Positions 35,976 through 49,290 of a DNA stretch of 64,000 nt are shown in pieces. Source of the stretch: Chiloscyllium plagiosum (lineage: Eukaryota); NCBI RefSeq assembly GCF_004010195.1, contig NC_057753.1, positions 5,375,435 through 5,439,434 on the forward strand. Direction: 5' to 3'. The notes under the pieces were generated by a model. That model saw nothing but the letters and a program-made list of their open reading frames with translations. It was not told where the DNA came from and made no database searches. A program made the translations under genes and the position numbers. Within the stretch, counting starts at the first letter, position 1, and each line of letters opens with the position of its first letter.

Positions 35976-37634
35976 GAAACCACCCTGACCTGTTCATGCC
36001 TATCGGTGACTCCAGAACCACAGCAATGCAATTGATTCTGGATGGACATTAAATGCTGGCCTCACCAGATCCAAAGAACGAATAAAAGAACACCTGAAAA
36101 GTTAAACTGTACACTTCAATTAAAATGTGAATTAATGTCAACTACAAACGAAATTTGATTTGTACCCACCAATTGCAAGCACTCAGTTTTTTTAATGCTT
36201 TCTCCTTATTAATCTTTTAGTCATTTATTCTGCTCTGCCCCAGAGGGCAGTGGATGCCCAGTCTCTGGATTCATTTAAGAAAGAGTTGGATAGAGCTCTC
36301 AAGGATTGTGGAATCAAGGGTTATGGAGATAAGGCAGGAACAGCATACTGATTAAGGATGATCAGCCATGATCATATTGAATGGTGGTGCAGGCTCGAAG
36401 GGCAGAATGGCCTACTCCTGCACCTATTGTTTATTTATTCTGTCAATTATATCCTGCCTAGTCCTGTGATCTGACACCCATTTCTGCAATTAGTTTGCTC
36501 TGGTACTATGTTTAACCTATTTCTTAGTTAAGCACAAATGGTAGGTCATCCATTTGTATTTTTTCATCATAGCAATTTTTCTTATGAAATATCCCCTTAC
36601 ATGTCTATAACTAACACCTTTATTGGTCTATTTGTTAACTTAATTTGCCAGTTCATGTTAGCTAGCTGTTTTCACATCATCACAATTGCCGTTATTTAAT
36701 TTAAAAATACTAGTCTTAGACTAATCTCTCTCTCTAACTCGACGTAAAATTCAATCACATCATTTCACTGCTGTCTGGAGTGCTTTCTGCAAGATCATTA
36801 ATTAATCCTGTTTCATTGCAATTAAAAAGTCGATGCCATCAGAATATGTTATTTTAAGCATCTATCGCAAAAAAATGTACTCCTCAGCTGAGCTATCATT
36901 GCCCTTCTGATGGCTTCAGCCCATATTAGGATGGGCATACCTCCTGATTATAGCCAGTCACTGGACTTGTAATGTTAACTCTGCTTTCTCTCCACAGATA
37001 CTGCCAGGCTCACAGGGTTTTTCCAGAAATTTCTGCTTTTGTTTGATTTCTAAAGGTCCGGAAGAGGGATTACACCCGAAATGTCGACTTCTCCAACTCC
37101 TGATGCTGCCTGGCTTGCTGTGTTCTTCCAGCCTCCTGCCTATTTTGGATTCCAGCATCTGCAGTTTTTTTTTGTCTCTAACATTGTTTGATTTCCTGAA
37201 TTCTAAGTTCTTGGTTTTATATTATCCCACTATATCTTCCTTTGCACTCAACCCTACTGTATAGTTACTGTCAAGAGTACAGTGCACCATTATCACGTGG
37301 CATTTTGCCCATATCATCTCCCCTATCATTTCTACACTCTGGACTACATAGGTCATCCCTCTCAATTACCACAAAGGGAAAGGTCCAGTTCTCTGCTGGG
37401 ATTTGATCAATTTGGTTTCCAAATGGTTTCAGTCCATGAGGTAAAGTAGCCATGGTCTTACCGGACTATAGGGCTACTCCCTCATTAGAAAAAAACACTA
37501 GTTGTGGTTTAACCTGAGGGTCATCATGCCTCAGGAGAGGGGACCGGTTGAGAAGGAGAGTTCTTCATACGTACGGGTATTGAACATACAACCAGCAGAG
37601 TTAACCTGCCCTGAGTCCATGAGAAGGATCCACC

Positions 37635-37860
37635 CTTCATTGAATCCCATTGGTTGGAGGTCCAGCCTTTTGCAGGTAGGAACTCCAGTCCCGCCCCTCA
37701 TTAGCACCCAATGGTTGGAGGGCCAGTCCCTTGGGTTGTCCTTCGGGCATGCCCCGTCATTGGTTGGAGGACGAGCCATTTGAGGGTTGGTCCTCCAGTC
37801 CTCACTCCCTCAGTGACGCCCACTGCTTGGATCCAGACACGCCCCCACCGTCTGATTGGC
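37635..37860 (+). promoter_or_regulatory. CCAAT/GC-box promoter (probably ZNF gene 3)
   Basis: cattggttggagg at ~37648 and ~37758, TGGAGGAC..GTCCTCCA, GC box, ATTGG ~37855. Confidence 0.65.
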
Positions 37861-38354
37861 GCGGTTGTGGTCTGGAGGGTCCGCAGTGCGGTTGTGGTCT
37901 GGGGAATCCGCAGTCCGGTTGTGGTCTGGAGGGTCCGCAGTGCGGTTGTGGTCTGGAGGGTCCGCAGTGCGGTTGTGCTCTGGGGAATCCGCAGTGCGGT
38001 TGTGATCTGGAGGGTCCGCAGTGCGGTTGTGGTCTGGAGGGTCCGCAGTCCGGTTGTGCTCTGGGGAATCCGCAGTGCGGTTGTGATCTGGAGGGTCCGC
38101 AGTGCGGTTGTGGTCTGGACGATCCGCAGTGCGGTTGTGGTCTGGGGAATCCGCAGTGCGGTTGTGGTCTGGAGGATCCGCAGTCCGGTTGTGGTCTGGA
38201 GGGTGCGCAGCGCGGTTGTGGTCTGGGGAATCCGCAGTGCGGTTGTGGTCTGGGGAATCCGCAGTGCGGTTGTGGTCTGGAGGATCCGCAGTGCGGTTGT
38301 GGTCTGGGGAATCCGCAGTGCGGTTGTGGTCTGGAGGATCCGCAGTCCGGTTGT
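37861..38354. repeat. 27-bp GC-rich minisatellite, ~18 copies, in the putative first exon
   Basis: Unit GCGGTTGTGGTCTGG(AGGGT/GGAAT/AGGAT)CCGCAGT; donor GAG|GTGAGT at 38410. Confidence 0.95.
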
Positions 38355-38841
38355 CGAGCTGTTTCGGGCCCGTGATGTTGAATGCCGGAGCACTTCAGAG
38401 ACGGGCGAGGTGAGTGGGGCAGGAAGGGATCGAAGGAGGTGGCGGTGCGTGTTCGGTGAGATGACTCCAAACGGCACGACGTGGCTTCAAACCCCGAGTA
38501 ACAAACTCCCGTGTCGCTCCGCAGCGGACGGGGCTTCTCTTTTCGAAGGGCCCCGGCTAACAACCGCCTCTTTCATGGTTAAAAATCACACAACACCAAG
38601 TTATAGTCCAACAGGTTTAATTGGAAGCACTAGCTTTCAAAGCGACGCTCCTTCATCTGGTGATAGTGGAGGGCTCAATTGTAACAGAATTTATAGCAAA
38701 AATTTACAATGTGATGTAACTGAAATTATACATTGAAAAATCGATTGTCTGTTAAGCCTTTCATCTTCCAAGTCTGTGAGAAGATTTGTAGCTCGGGTGC
38801 TCGTTGTTGTGGTTCTGTTCGCCGAGCTGGGAATTTGTGTT

Positions 38842-38881
38842 GCAGACGTTTCGTCCCCTGTCTAGGTGACATCCTCAGTGC
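38842..38881 (-). ncRNA. Minimal hammerhead ribozyme motif (family D)
   Basis: gca-CTGAGGA-t-GTCACCT/agac/AGGGGAC-GAAA-CGT-C-tgc. Confidence 0.7.
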
Positions 38882-38941
38882 TTGGGAGCCCCCTGTGAAG
38901 CGCTTCTGTGATGTTTCCTCCAGCATTTATAGTGATTTGTA

Positions 38942-39375
38942 NNNNNNNNNNNNNNNNNNNNNNNNNNNNNNNNNNNNNNNNNNNNNNNNNNNNNNNNNNN
39001 NNNNNNNNNNNNNNNNNNNNNNNNNNNNNNNNNNNNNNNNNNNNNNNNNNNNNNNNNNNNNNNNNNNNNNNNNNNNNNNNNNNNNNNNNNNNNNNNNNNN
39101 NNNNNNNNNNNNNNNNNNNNNNNNNNNNNNNNNNNNNNNNNNNNNNNNNNNNNNNNNNNNNNNNNNNNNNNNNNNNNNNNNNNNNNNNNNNNNNNNNNNN
39201 NNNNNNNNNNNNNNNNNNNNNNNNNNNNNNNNNNNNNNNNNNNNNNNNNNNNNNNNNNNNNNNNNNNNNNNNNNNNNNNNNNNNNNNNNNNNNNNNNNNN
39301 NNNNNNNNNNNNNNNNNNNNNNNNNNNNNNNNNNNNNNNNNNNNNNNNNNNNNNNNNNNNNNNNNNNNNNNNNNN
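38942..39375. other. Assembly gap
   Basis: Run of N. Confidence 1.
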
Positions 39376-40444
39376 GTTTTTGGCGAATACATTGTATAGG
39401 TGTTCTTCCTCTTTTTGCAGTTCTGGTGTATTGCAGTGTGTTGTGGCCCTTTTGAATAGTATCTTGATGCAACTTCTTTTGTGTGTGTTGGGGTGGTTGC
39501 TTTCGTAGTTTAGGACTTGATCTGTGTGTGTGGCTTTCCTATGTACCTTTGTGGTGAATTCTCCGTTCGGTGTTCTCTGTACCATCACGTCTAGGAGTGG
39601 GAGTTGATTGTCCTCTTCTTCCTCTCTAGTGAATCGGATTCCTGTGAGTGTGGCGTTGATGATCCGGTGTGTGTTCTCTATTTCTGTGTTTCACATGATT
39701 ACAAAGGTTAACAATTGTTTACAATTAACTGTTAACAATGGTGATAGCTAGACAATATGTTGAAGGTGTTAGCCCCCCTGTGTTTTCTGTCTATGCCATG
39801 ATATTTAGATTGATTCTAATCTAAAAAGTGAGATAACGGAGTTTTACATACGGAGCACTCCTATACACACATACACATGGACACACATATACACAGACAT
39901 CCACACACACCCTTACAGACACACACGCACACACACATGCACCCCCTCACAGACTTAAGACACTGCACTCACTACACACACACATACATTTTCTCACACT
40001 CCCAACCCCCAACCCAGACAGACACACACACACACACACAGACAAAGACCCACATGCACACACATATTTTGTGGGGTTAATTTGTACTTACAGGGTTACA
40101 TTGTACTTTGCTCAAAAACTGCATGAATTCATGTAAAACTCAGCTATCTCACTTTTTAGATTAGAATCAATCTAAACATCATGGCATTGACAGAAAACAC
40201 GACGGGGGGGGCTAACACCTTCAACATATTGTCTAGCTATCACCATTGTTAACAGATAACCCGAGAATGCAACTTCTTAAAACAAGGTTTTGTGATTTAC
40301 ACATGAAAGAAGTGAAACTATCACGGTATTCTAACAGATGAAAGGCTTAACAGACGATCGATTTTTCAATGTATAATTTCAGTTACATCACATTGTAAAT
40401 TTTTGCTATAAATTCTGTGAGTTTAGGATTGAGCCCTCCACTAT

Positions 40445-40479
40445 CACCTGATGAAGGAGTGACGCTCCGAAAGCTAGTG
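40445..40479 (+). ncRNA. Minimal hammerhead ribozyme motif (family A)
   Basis: cac-CTGATGA-a-GGAGT/gac/GCTCC-GAAA-GCTA-gtg. Confidence 0.7.
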
Positions 40480-40761
40480 TGCTTCCAATTAAACCTGTTG
40501 GACTATAACCTGGTGTTGTGTGATTTTTAACTTTGTACACCCCAGTTCAACACCGGCATCTCCAAATCATGCCATTTTCGTGAGGGGCGATTTGCTGAAG
40601 AGAGCATATGCTGGAGCCATCTTTGTAGGGGGCAGTGTACAGCTGGGTGGACCTGGAAGGCAATGAAAGAAATCCCAGACAATCCTGCAGACGGTTCTCT
40701 GTAGTTCTAGGGATTTATTATTTCCTTATCCTTTTTATAAGATGTGGACATGGCTGGCAAG

Positions 40762-42715
40762 TTCATAGAATCGTAGAGATATTCAGCACAGAAACAGACC
40801 CTTCAGTTCAACCCATCCATCTTGACCAAATATCCTTTAATCTTGTCCCATTTGCCAGCACTTGGCCCATCCTTCTAAACCCTTCCTATTCATACACCTG
40901 TCGAGATGTCTTTTACATATTGTAATTGTACCAGCCTCCACCACTTCCCCTGGCAGCTCACTACATGCACGCACCATTTTCTGCATGAAAAAAATTCCCC
41001 TTAGGTCCCTTTTAAATCTTTCTCCTCTTGCCTTAAACCTATACCCTCTAGTTTTAGACACCCCCACTCCGGGTAAAAGACCTTGACTATTTACCTTATG
41101 CATGCCCATCATGGTTTTATAAACCTCTCCTGCAGCCTCTGATGCTCCAGAGAAAACAGCCCCAGTCTACCCAGCATCTCCCAGTAGCTCAAACTCCAAT
41201 CCTGGCAACATCTTTGTTGATCTGTTTTGAACCCTTTCAAGTTTCACAACCAACTTTGATTGTCCATCACTTATTGCCCTGGTGGGGGGAGATGGCGGGG
41301 GGGGGGGGGGATGGGGGAGCTCTACACAATCCCAATAAGGTGATCATCCCTTTCTTATTTCTCAGTTCCACCCAAATAACTTCCCTGCATGTATTTCAGG
41401 GAATATCCTTCCTCATTACAGCTGTAATGCTATCCCTTATCAAATACGACATTCCCCCTCCTCTCTCATCTCCCTTTCTGTCCTTCCTATAGCATTTGTA
41501 TCCTGGAATATTAAGCTGCTAGTCCTGTCCATTCCTGAGCTAAGTATCTGTAATTGCTATGATATCCCAGTCCCATGTTCCTAACCATGCCCTGAGTTCA
41601 TCTGACTTTCTTGTTGGGCCCCTTGCATTGAAATAAATGCAGTTTAATTTATCAGTCCTACCTTGTTCCCTGCTTTGTCCCTGCCTGCCCTGACTGTTTG
41701 GTTGCTTCTTTTCTCAACTGTACCAGTCTCAAATTGATCTCTTTCCTCACTATCTCCCTGCGTCCCCCCCCCCATACCTTACGAGCTTAAATTCTCCCGA
41801 GCAGCTCTAGCAAATCTCCCTGTCAGTATATTAGTCCCCTTCCAATTTAGGTGCAATCCGCCCTTCTTGTACAGGTCACTTCTACCCCAAAAGAGATTCC
41901 AATGATCCAAAAATGTGAATCCTTCTCCCATACACCAGCTCCTTAACCATGCATTCATCTGCTTTATCCTCCTATTCCTACCCTCACTAGCTTGTAGCAC
42001 CAGGAGTAATCCAGGTATTACGACTCTCGAGGAACTCCTTTTTAAATTCCTGTCTAACTCTCTGTATTCTCCCTTCGTAATCTTTTATCTTCCTATATCG
42101 CTGGTTGCAATGTGTACAATGATCTCCTGCTGGGCTGTCTTTTCCCCCGTAAGAACATCCAGCACCCCCTCTGAGACCTCCTTGATCCTGGCACCAGGGG
42201 AGCAAAACACCATTCTGATGTTTCGCTGCTGGCCACAGTAAAATGTGTCTGTCCCTCGGACTAGAGAGTCCATTAACACAATTCATCTCTTGGAACCTGA
42301 CGAACCCCTTGTTGCATTAGAGCCAGTCTCAATACGAGAAACTTGACTGTTCATGCTACATTCCCCTGAGAATCCATCAACCCCTACGTTTTCCAAAATA
42401 GCATACTTGTTTGAAATGGGAATAGCCATAGAAGATTCCTACATTACCTGCCTACCTCTCTTACCTTTCCTGGAGTTAACCCATCTATGTGATTGTATCT
42501 GCGACTTTTCTCTCTTCATATAACTGCTATCCATCATATCCCTTGCTCTTGTACGTTCCTCATTGCCTGTAAGTGTCGCTCCAACTGTTCCATTCAATCT
42601 GATAGGATTCATAACCAATGGCATTTATTGCAGATATAATCCTCAGTAACATGTAAACTCTCCCTAAGCTCCCACATCTGACAAGAAGAGCATATCACTT
42701 TACTAAAGGCCATTT
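40762..42715 (-). mobile_element. Internally deleted CR1 (ORF1 zinc finger and esterase, start of APE, 3' end)
   Basis: 'MAFSKVICSSCQMWE..YICNKCHWL', 'CSPGARIKEVSE', 'NAWLRSWCMGEGFTFLDHW..GLHLN'. Confidence 0.85.
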
Positions 42716-45190
42716 TTGCTTTGAATAAAGGTAAAAGAAAATTGTGAAATCTGAAACAAACATAGAGAATGCAAGTCAGACTCAGCAGGTCTGGCATCTG
42801 TAGAAAAAAAGCAGTTAAAAGTATTGAGTCCAGTGTGATTTCCTCAAAACTCCCTTTTGAATGCCTCGATTGATGTATCAAGATTGAAGCAGCCCACTTG
42901 GTGCTCAATTGGATAGAGTTCTGCTTCTTGATTGTTAATGGAGCTGCACTCATCCAGCCAAATGGAAAATATTGCATCACACTTTTGACTTGTGCCTTGT
43001 AGATTGTGGACGGGGTTGGGGAATAGGACGGAATTCTCAGTCTCTAACTTTCTTGTGTAGCCACACTATTGATATGGCTGGTTCAGCTCAGTTTCTGGTC
43101 AGTGTTAACCCTGGGATGTTGCTTGGAGGTGGTGGAGGGGTTCAGTTATGGCAATGCTATTAACTGTCAACAGCAGATAGTTGAATTGTGGACACTTTGG
43201 AGAGGGTGCGGAGAAGGTCTTTGAGGATGTTGCCTGGTATGGAAAGTGCTAGCTATGAAGAGTGGACGAATAGGTTAGGATTGTTTTCGTTAGAAAAAAG
43301 GAGATTGGGGGGGACCTGACTGAGTATAGATAGAGTGGATAGAAATAAGTTTTTTCCCAGGCTGAAGGATTCACTAACAAGGGTCACGCATTCAAGGTGA
43401 GAGGAGGAAAGCTAAGGGGAATACACACGGAAAGTACTTCACACAGAGGAAGGGAGGTTCCTGGAACGTGTTGGCAGCAGAGGTAGTAGAAGCAGGTACA
43501 GTAGATTAATTTAAGGTGCATCTGGACAGATACACAAGTGGGTGGGGAGCGGAGGGATACAGATCCTTAGGAATTGGGCGATAGGTTTAGATAGTTGATT
43601 TGGATCAGCACAGGCTTGGAGGGTAGGAGAGCCTGTTCCTGGGCTGTAAATTTTCTTCTTTGGTCTTTGTCATTTGTTGGAACTGGCCATTATGTGGCAC
43701 TTGAGTGTCACTTGCCAGTTAGCATCCTGAGACCATAAAATATAGGAGCAGAATTAGGCCATTTAGCTCACTGAGTTTTCTCTGCCATTTGATCACGGTC
43801 GATATGTTTCTTAACCTCATTCTCCTGCTTTCTCCCCTTACTAACCAAGAATCTTAAATACACTCAAGGACCTGGCCTTTTGAGGCAATGAGTTCCACAG
43901 ATTCATCACTGTCTGGCTGAAGAAATTCCTCCTTATCTCCTTTCTAAAGTGTCATCTCTTCACTCCAAGGCTGTGCACTCAGGTTCTAATCTCTCTTACT
44001 ACTGGAAACATCTTTTTCACATTCACTCTCACTATTCTTGCATCTTGTCTAGGTCTTGCCACAAATGAACACTGGCTTCTTAAATATCTGAGGAGTTACA
44101 GTCGGCACTGAGTATTGCGCAGTCACCGGCGAACATTCCCAACGCTGACCTTATGATGGAATGGAAGTCATCGCTGAAGTAGCTGAAGGTTTGGGCCTTG
44201 GACATTTTCCCAGCAGTGATGAACTAGGGTTGAGATGCCTCCAACAACTCCAACCGTACTTCTTTGCGGTAGGGTTGGCTGCAATCAGTGGAGAGTTTTC
44301 TTCCTGATTCCCATTGACCTCAATTGTGTTTTTGATGCCATATTTGGCCTTTAACTCAAGGGCATTCATTTCACGCCACTTCTGGAGTTCAGCTCTATTT
44401 TTTCCACTTTTACATTATGGCTAATGAATCCAAAACTTGGGTTGCCTGGCAAAACAATTGAGCTTTGTGGGGGTTGGGGGGGATGGTGGGGGGTGGGGTA
44501 TAATGTCGCTGGTCTAGTAATCTGCAACATGAGGCTAATATTCATGGGTTCAAACTGCACTATGGAAGATGATAAAATCTGAATTCAGTGCACATCTGGA
44601 GTAAAAGGCTAATCCAATAGCCAAATTGTGCCTGTGTAACCAATGTCAATTGTCATAAAACCTCATCTGGGAATCCTGGGAAGGAAATCTGCCATCCTTA
44701 ACTAGTGTGGCCTAGAAATGACACCAAAACCTAATGAGGGGGCTTGGATGGAGTGGTTAGAAAGCAACTGTTCCCGTTAGTTGAAGGGTCAATAACAAGG
44801 GGGCATAATTTTAAGGTGAAAGACAGGAGATTTGGGGGGATTTTGGGGGGAAAAAGAGGGTAGTGGCAATCTGGAACTCATTACTGTCTTACCCCTCTCT
44901 CTTCCCACAGAAGCCTGGTTCTTGTGTGGACCCAGATCTATTGACAGGGTTGCCTTCATGATGGACATTAGTGAACTAGCTAGCTTTTTATGACAATCCA
45001 GCATCTTCCGTGGTCTAGGGTTGGTGCAACAATTTACCAGACTGATTCAGCTCAGTTTTACAACCCATCTTTGATGTTTTTTTCTTGATTGTCTTTCATT
45101 CCTGTTTCTTTGTTTTACGCTGATTTCACAGGGTATGAGAAGGAGTGGATTTGTAGTCATGAAACACACCAAACGTCCCGTCAGGATTGG

Positions 45191-47680
45191 ATGGAGCAGC
45201 TCAATTCATTGCAACCTGAATATCATCGGATTTTGAACATGGAAGGAATCAGTACTGATCAGAGTGGGGAGAAACCGTGCACGTGTCTTGTGTGTGGACA
45301 AGGTTTCAGCCAGTCATCTGACCTGACAGAACATAAGTGCAGTCACAGTAGGCAGAAACCATGGAAATGTGGGGATTGTGGGAAGGGATTTAGTTATCCA
45401 TCAGAGCTGGAAATCCATCGACGCAGTCACACTGGGGAGAGGCCATTCACCTGCCCCAAGTGCGAGAAGGGATTCATCACCTCATCGCACTTGGTGGCGC
45501 ACCAGCGGGTTCACACTGGGGAAAGGCCGTTCACGTGCTCCAAGTGCGGGAAGGGATTCACCACCTCATCGCACTTGGTGACGCACCAGCGGGTTCACAC
45601 TGGGGAAAGGCCGTTCACCTGCTCTGAGAGTGGGAAGAGCTTCACTCAGTCGTCCCAACGACTGATGCACCGGGGAATTCACACCAGGGAGAAGCTGTTC
45701 ACCTGCTCGAGTTGTGAGAAGAAATTCACTCAGTTGCACAAATTGTTGACACATCAGCGAGTTCACACTGGGGCGAAGCCTTTCAGCTGCTCCATGTGTG
45801 GGAAAGAGTTTGCTCAGTCATCCAACTTGTCGAGACACCAGCAACTTCACACAGATGATAGATCTTTTAAATGCATGGACTGCGGGAAGTGCTGTAAAAG
45901 TTCCGGGGAACTAATGTCCCATCAACGAGCTCACACAGACAAGGCATTGTTGAAGTGCTCTTGCTGTGGGGCTGGTTTCAGGGGATCATCTCAGCTCACT
46001 TTACACCAGCGAGTTCACACTGGGGAGAAGCCTTTTTCCTGCTCTGATTGCGGGAAGGAATTCAGTCGGTCATCCTACCTGTTGACACACCAGCGGATGC
46101 ACACCGGTGAGAGGCCGTTCACCTGCTCGGAGTGTGGGAAAGGGTTTACTCGGTCATCCCAGTTAATGGCCCATCAGCGGGTTCACACTAGGGAGAGGCC
46201 ATTCACCTGCTTGGAGTGTGGGAAGGGATTCACTTGTTCATCCCATCTGCTGACACACCAGCGGGTTCACACCAGGGAGAAGCCATTCACCTGCTCCAAG
46301 TGTGGGAAGGGGTTTGCTCGCTTATCCAACCTGCTGACCCACCAGCGGGTTCACACTGGAGAGAGGCCGTTCTCCTGCTCAGAGTGCGGGAAGGAATTCA
46401 CTGATTCGTCCCAACTGCGCGCACACCAGCGAGTGCACACTGGGGAGAGGCCGTTCTCCTGCTCCGAGTGTGGGAAGGGATTCATTCAGTCGTCCCAACT
46501 AAGGGCACATCAGTGTACTCACACTGGAGAGAGGCCATTCACATGTTGCGAGTGCGGGAAGGGATTCACTTGTTCATCCCATCTGCTGACACACCAGCGG
46601 GTTCACACCAGGGAGAAGCCATTCACCTGCTCCAAGTGTGGGAAGGGGTTTGCTTGCTTCTCCAACCTGCTGACCCACCAGCGGGTTCACACTGGAGAGA
46701 GGCCGTTCTCCTGCTCAGAGTGTGGGAAGGAATTCACTCAGTCGTCCAACCTGCTGAGACACCAGCGACTGCACACTGGGGAGAGGCCGTTCTCCTGCTC
46801 CGAGTGTGGGAAGGAATTCAGTGATTCATCCCAACTGCGCCCACACCAGCGAGTGCACACTGGGGAGAGGCCGTTCTCCTGTTCCGAGTGTGGGAAGGGA
46901 TTCATTCAGTCATCCCAACTAAGGGCACACCAGTGTACTCACACTGGAGAGAGGCCATTCACATGTTGCAAGTGCGGGAAGGGATTTACTCAGTCTTCCA
47001 GCATGATGAGACACCAGCGGATCCACACTGACGAGAGACCTTTCAAGTGTTCTGACTGTGGGGAGTGCTATAAAAGTTCTGGGGAACTGATGACCCATCA
47101 ATATGTTCACACTGGCGAGAGACCCTATAGCTGCTGTCAGTGTGGGAGGGGGTTCAGACGATCATCTCAACTCACTGTACACCAGCGAATTCACACTGGG
47201 GAGAAGCTGTTCTCCTGCTCTGAGTGTGGGAAGGAATTTCTTCGGTCTTTCCAACTGGTGATACACCAACGAGTTCATACTGGGGAGAGGCCCTTCACCT
47301 GCTTGGAGTGTGGGAAGGGATTCACTTGCCCATCCCATCTGCTAATTCATCAAAGAATTCACACTGGCGAGAGACCGTTCATCTGCCCCAAGTGTGGGAA
47401 GGGGTTTGGTCACTCATCCAGCCTGGCGAGACACCAGCGAGTGCACACTGACGAGAGGCCTTTTGAATGTTCAGATTGCGGGAAGTGCTTTAAGAGTTGC
47501 GGGGAACTAAGGGTCCATCAACGTGTTCACACGGGTGAGAGACCGTTCAGGTGCTCTCACTGCAAGGTTGGATTCAGAAGGTTATCGAACCTCATTGTGC
47601 ACCAGCGAGTTCACACTGAGGACAGCCAGTCCCAGCCTCAGTGTGTGGAAAGAGATTCAATCAGGCATCCACCCTCCTGA
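45191..47680 (+). CDS. C2H2 zinc-finger protein, 28 fingers, one with Cys>Ser (ZNF gene 3)
   Basis: Long open finger array; acceptor ttcacAG at 45130-45131; first in-frame ATG after it at 45191. Confidence 0.9.
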   Translation: MEQLNSLQPEYHRILNMEGISTDQSGEKPCTCLVCGQGFSQSSDLTEHKCSHSRQKPWKCGDCGKGFSYPSELEIHRRSHTGERPFTCPKCEKGFITSSHLVAHQRVHTGERPFTCSKCGKGFTTSSHLVTHQRVHTGERPFTCSESGKSFTQSSQRLMHRGIHTREKLFTCSSCEKKFTQLHKLLTHQRVHTGAKPFSCSMCGKEFAQSSNLSRHQQLHTDDRSFKCMDCGKCCKSSGELMSHQRAHTDKALLKCSCCGAGFRGSSQLTLHQRVHTGEKPFSCSDCGKEFSRSSYLLTHQRMHTGERPFTCSECGKGFTRSSQLMAHQRVHTRERPFTCLECGKGFTCSSHLLTHQRVHTREKPFTCSKCGKGFARLSNLLTHQRVHTGERPFSCSECGKEFTDSSQLRAHQRVHTGERPFSCSECGKGFIQSSQLRAHQCTHTGERPFTCCECGKGFTCSSHLLTHQRVHTREKPFTCSKCGKGFACFSNLLTHQRVHTGERPFSCSECGKEFTQSSNLLRHQRLHTGERPFSCSECGKEFSDSSQLRPHQRVHTGERPFSCSECGKGFIQSSQLRAHQCTHTGERPFTCCKCGKGFTQSSSMMRHQRIHTDERPFKCSDCGECYKSSGELMTHQYVHTGERPYSCCQCGRGFRRSSQLTVHQRIHTGEKLFSCSECGKEFLRSFQLVIHQRVHTGERPFTCLECGKGFTCPSHLLIHQRIHTGERPFICPKCGKGFGHSSSLARHQRVHTDERPFECSDCGKCFKSCGELRVHQRVHTGERPFRCSHCKVGFRRLSNLIVHQRVHTEDSQSQPQCVERDSIRHPPS

Positions 47681-48149
47681 GCCACTAGTGAGTGCATACC
47701 GGGGTCGTGCTGCACCCCTGCTCTGAGTGTGGGAAAGACGGTTTCTTACTCATCAAGCTTACATTAGCAAGTCCAGGACAATTTTGTTGTGGCGTCATGA
47801 TCAGGACGGAACTATTTCCATTGTGGTCCTGAATTGCAGTGCTGTGTTTGGAGTCAGTATTGTGGATAAAAGTAAAACAAAAAACAGCTTGGTGTGCTAT
47901 ATACCCATTGTTGACTTTTTTTGTCTATTTCTTAGCACAAGTTCCCTTTGGAAGGGCTGTTCCTCACTCCTGCCTTCCCCATCCTCATTTCCAGCAAGAG
48001 GTTTGCTAAGTTCTTGGTCTTCTTTGTTGCTAAAATTCAGGTCTTTCAATCATCTGTGACATAGGTTGCTCCAACCAAGCTTAGAAAGTGCATCTTTCTC
48101 TTGCCTCAAGCCTCGTTCGTTCTTATCACTAAATTGCTGACCACTATGC

Positions 48150-49290
48150 TTGCCCCTTTTGCTGATAATTGTTTAGGATCAAGAGAAAATATAATAGCAC
48201 TCTAGCAACACTGAAGATCCTTGACACCATCGGAATAAAGCAGCCTGCATGATTAGCACCACATCTGCAAACATTCACTCTCCCTGTGCCCTGGTAAACA
48301 ATGCTTTGAAGAAATTCACCAAGCCAACACCTTCCAAATTCAGTCTGTACCATGTAGAAGGACATTGGCAGCAGACACATGGAACACCACCACCTTCAAG
48401 CTCCCTTCCACGCACCCTCCCAAGGGCGGGATGGTGGCTCGGTGGTTAGCACTGCTGCCTCTCAGCTCCAGGGAAACCCGGGTTCGATTCCAGCCTCGGG
48501 CAACTGTCTGTGTGGAGCTTGCTCAATTCTCCCCGTATCTGCGTGGATTTCCTCTGAGTGCTCCAGTTTCCTCCCACAATCCAAAGATGTGCAGTTCAGG
48601 TGAATTGGCCGTGCTAAATTGTCCATAGTCCATAGTGTTCCGGGATGGGTAGGTTAGGTGCATGAGTCTGGGGTAAATGTAGGGGAATGGATCTGAGTGG
48701 GATACTCTTCGGAGGGTTGGTATGGACTTGGGCCGAAGGGCCTGTTTCCACATTGTAGGGATTCTAATTCTAAAGCTACTCACCATCTTGATCTGGAACA
48801 ATATCATGATCTTTCATTGTCAATGGATCAGAGATCTAGAACTCCCTCTCCAATAGTATTATGTGTATAACCACACCAAGTAGACCTCCAGAAGGTCAAG
48901 AAGGCAGCTCGCCATCTCCTGTTTAAGGTACAGGCAATGAGTGCTAGTCTAGCTAGACTGCCCATTTCCCTTGAATGGATAGAAAATAAATCACCAAAAA
49001 TCCATAGCAGCTTCCATGACCATTTCTATTTAGAAGGACAAGCCCAGCAGACCCATGGGAACATCATTACCTACAAGTTCCCCTCCAGCCACTCAGGGTC
49101 CTGACTTGGAAATATATTGCTATTCCTTCACTGTCGCTGTGTCAGAATCCTGGAAATTCCCTCCTTCAGGGCATTGCTTGTCTAACTGCAGCAGTTCAAA
49201 AAGATGAAGCGCCTTCTCAAGGGCAACTAGGGATGGGCAATAAATGCTGGCCAGTCAGTGATGCCTATGTCCCACAAGTGAATGCAAAGA
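48150..49290 (+). mobile_element. L2-clade LINE 3' fragments with a nested HE1-like SINE (~48425-48770)
   Basis: ggaacaccaccaccttcaagctccc..gggcaactagggatgggcaataaatgctgg tail. Confidence 0.7.

Larger units (their letters stand above)
38770..39700 (-). mobile_element. Second PLE family (RT fragment and terminus) nested in the fold-back element
   Basis: 'FTTKVHRKATHTDQVLNYESNHPNTHKRSCIKILFKRA' PLE RT thumb. Confidence 0.85.
38575..40570. mobile_element. Long family A fold-back element with a CA-rich spacer
   Basis: 38575-38770 and 39730-39850 are reverse complements of ~40330-40530 and ~40130-40255. Confidence 0.75.

Noticed and set aside
37861..38354. CRISPR-like array
   Set aside because: Head-to-tail repeats without unique spacers, in a eukaryotic context
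37701..38736. Long repetitive ORFs (CGLEGPQCG, QTTTALR, PQPHCG), superficially keratin-associated or mucin-like
   Set aside because: A 27-bp unit keeps frames open on both strands; there is no unique coding context
38733..39472. ORFs spanning X runs
   Set aside because: Artefacts of the N gap
46216..47451. Alternative-frame ORFs in ZNF arrays (MWEGIH...)
   Set aside because: Expected shadow frames of C2H2 repeats
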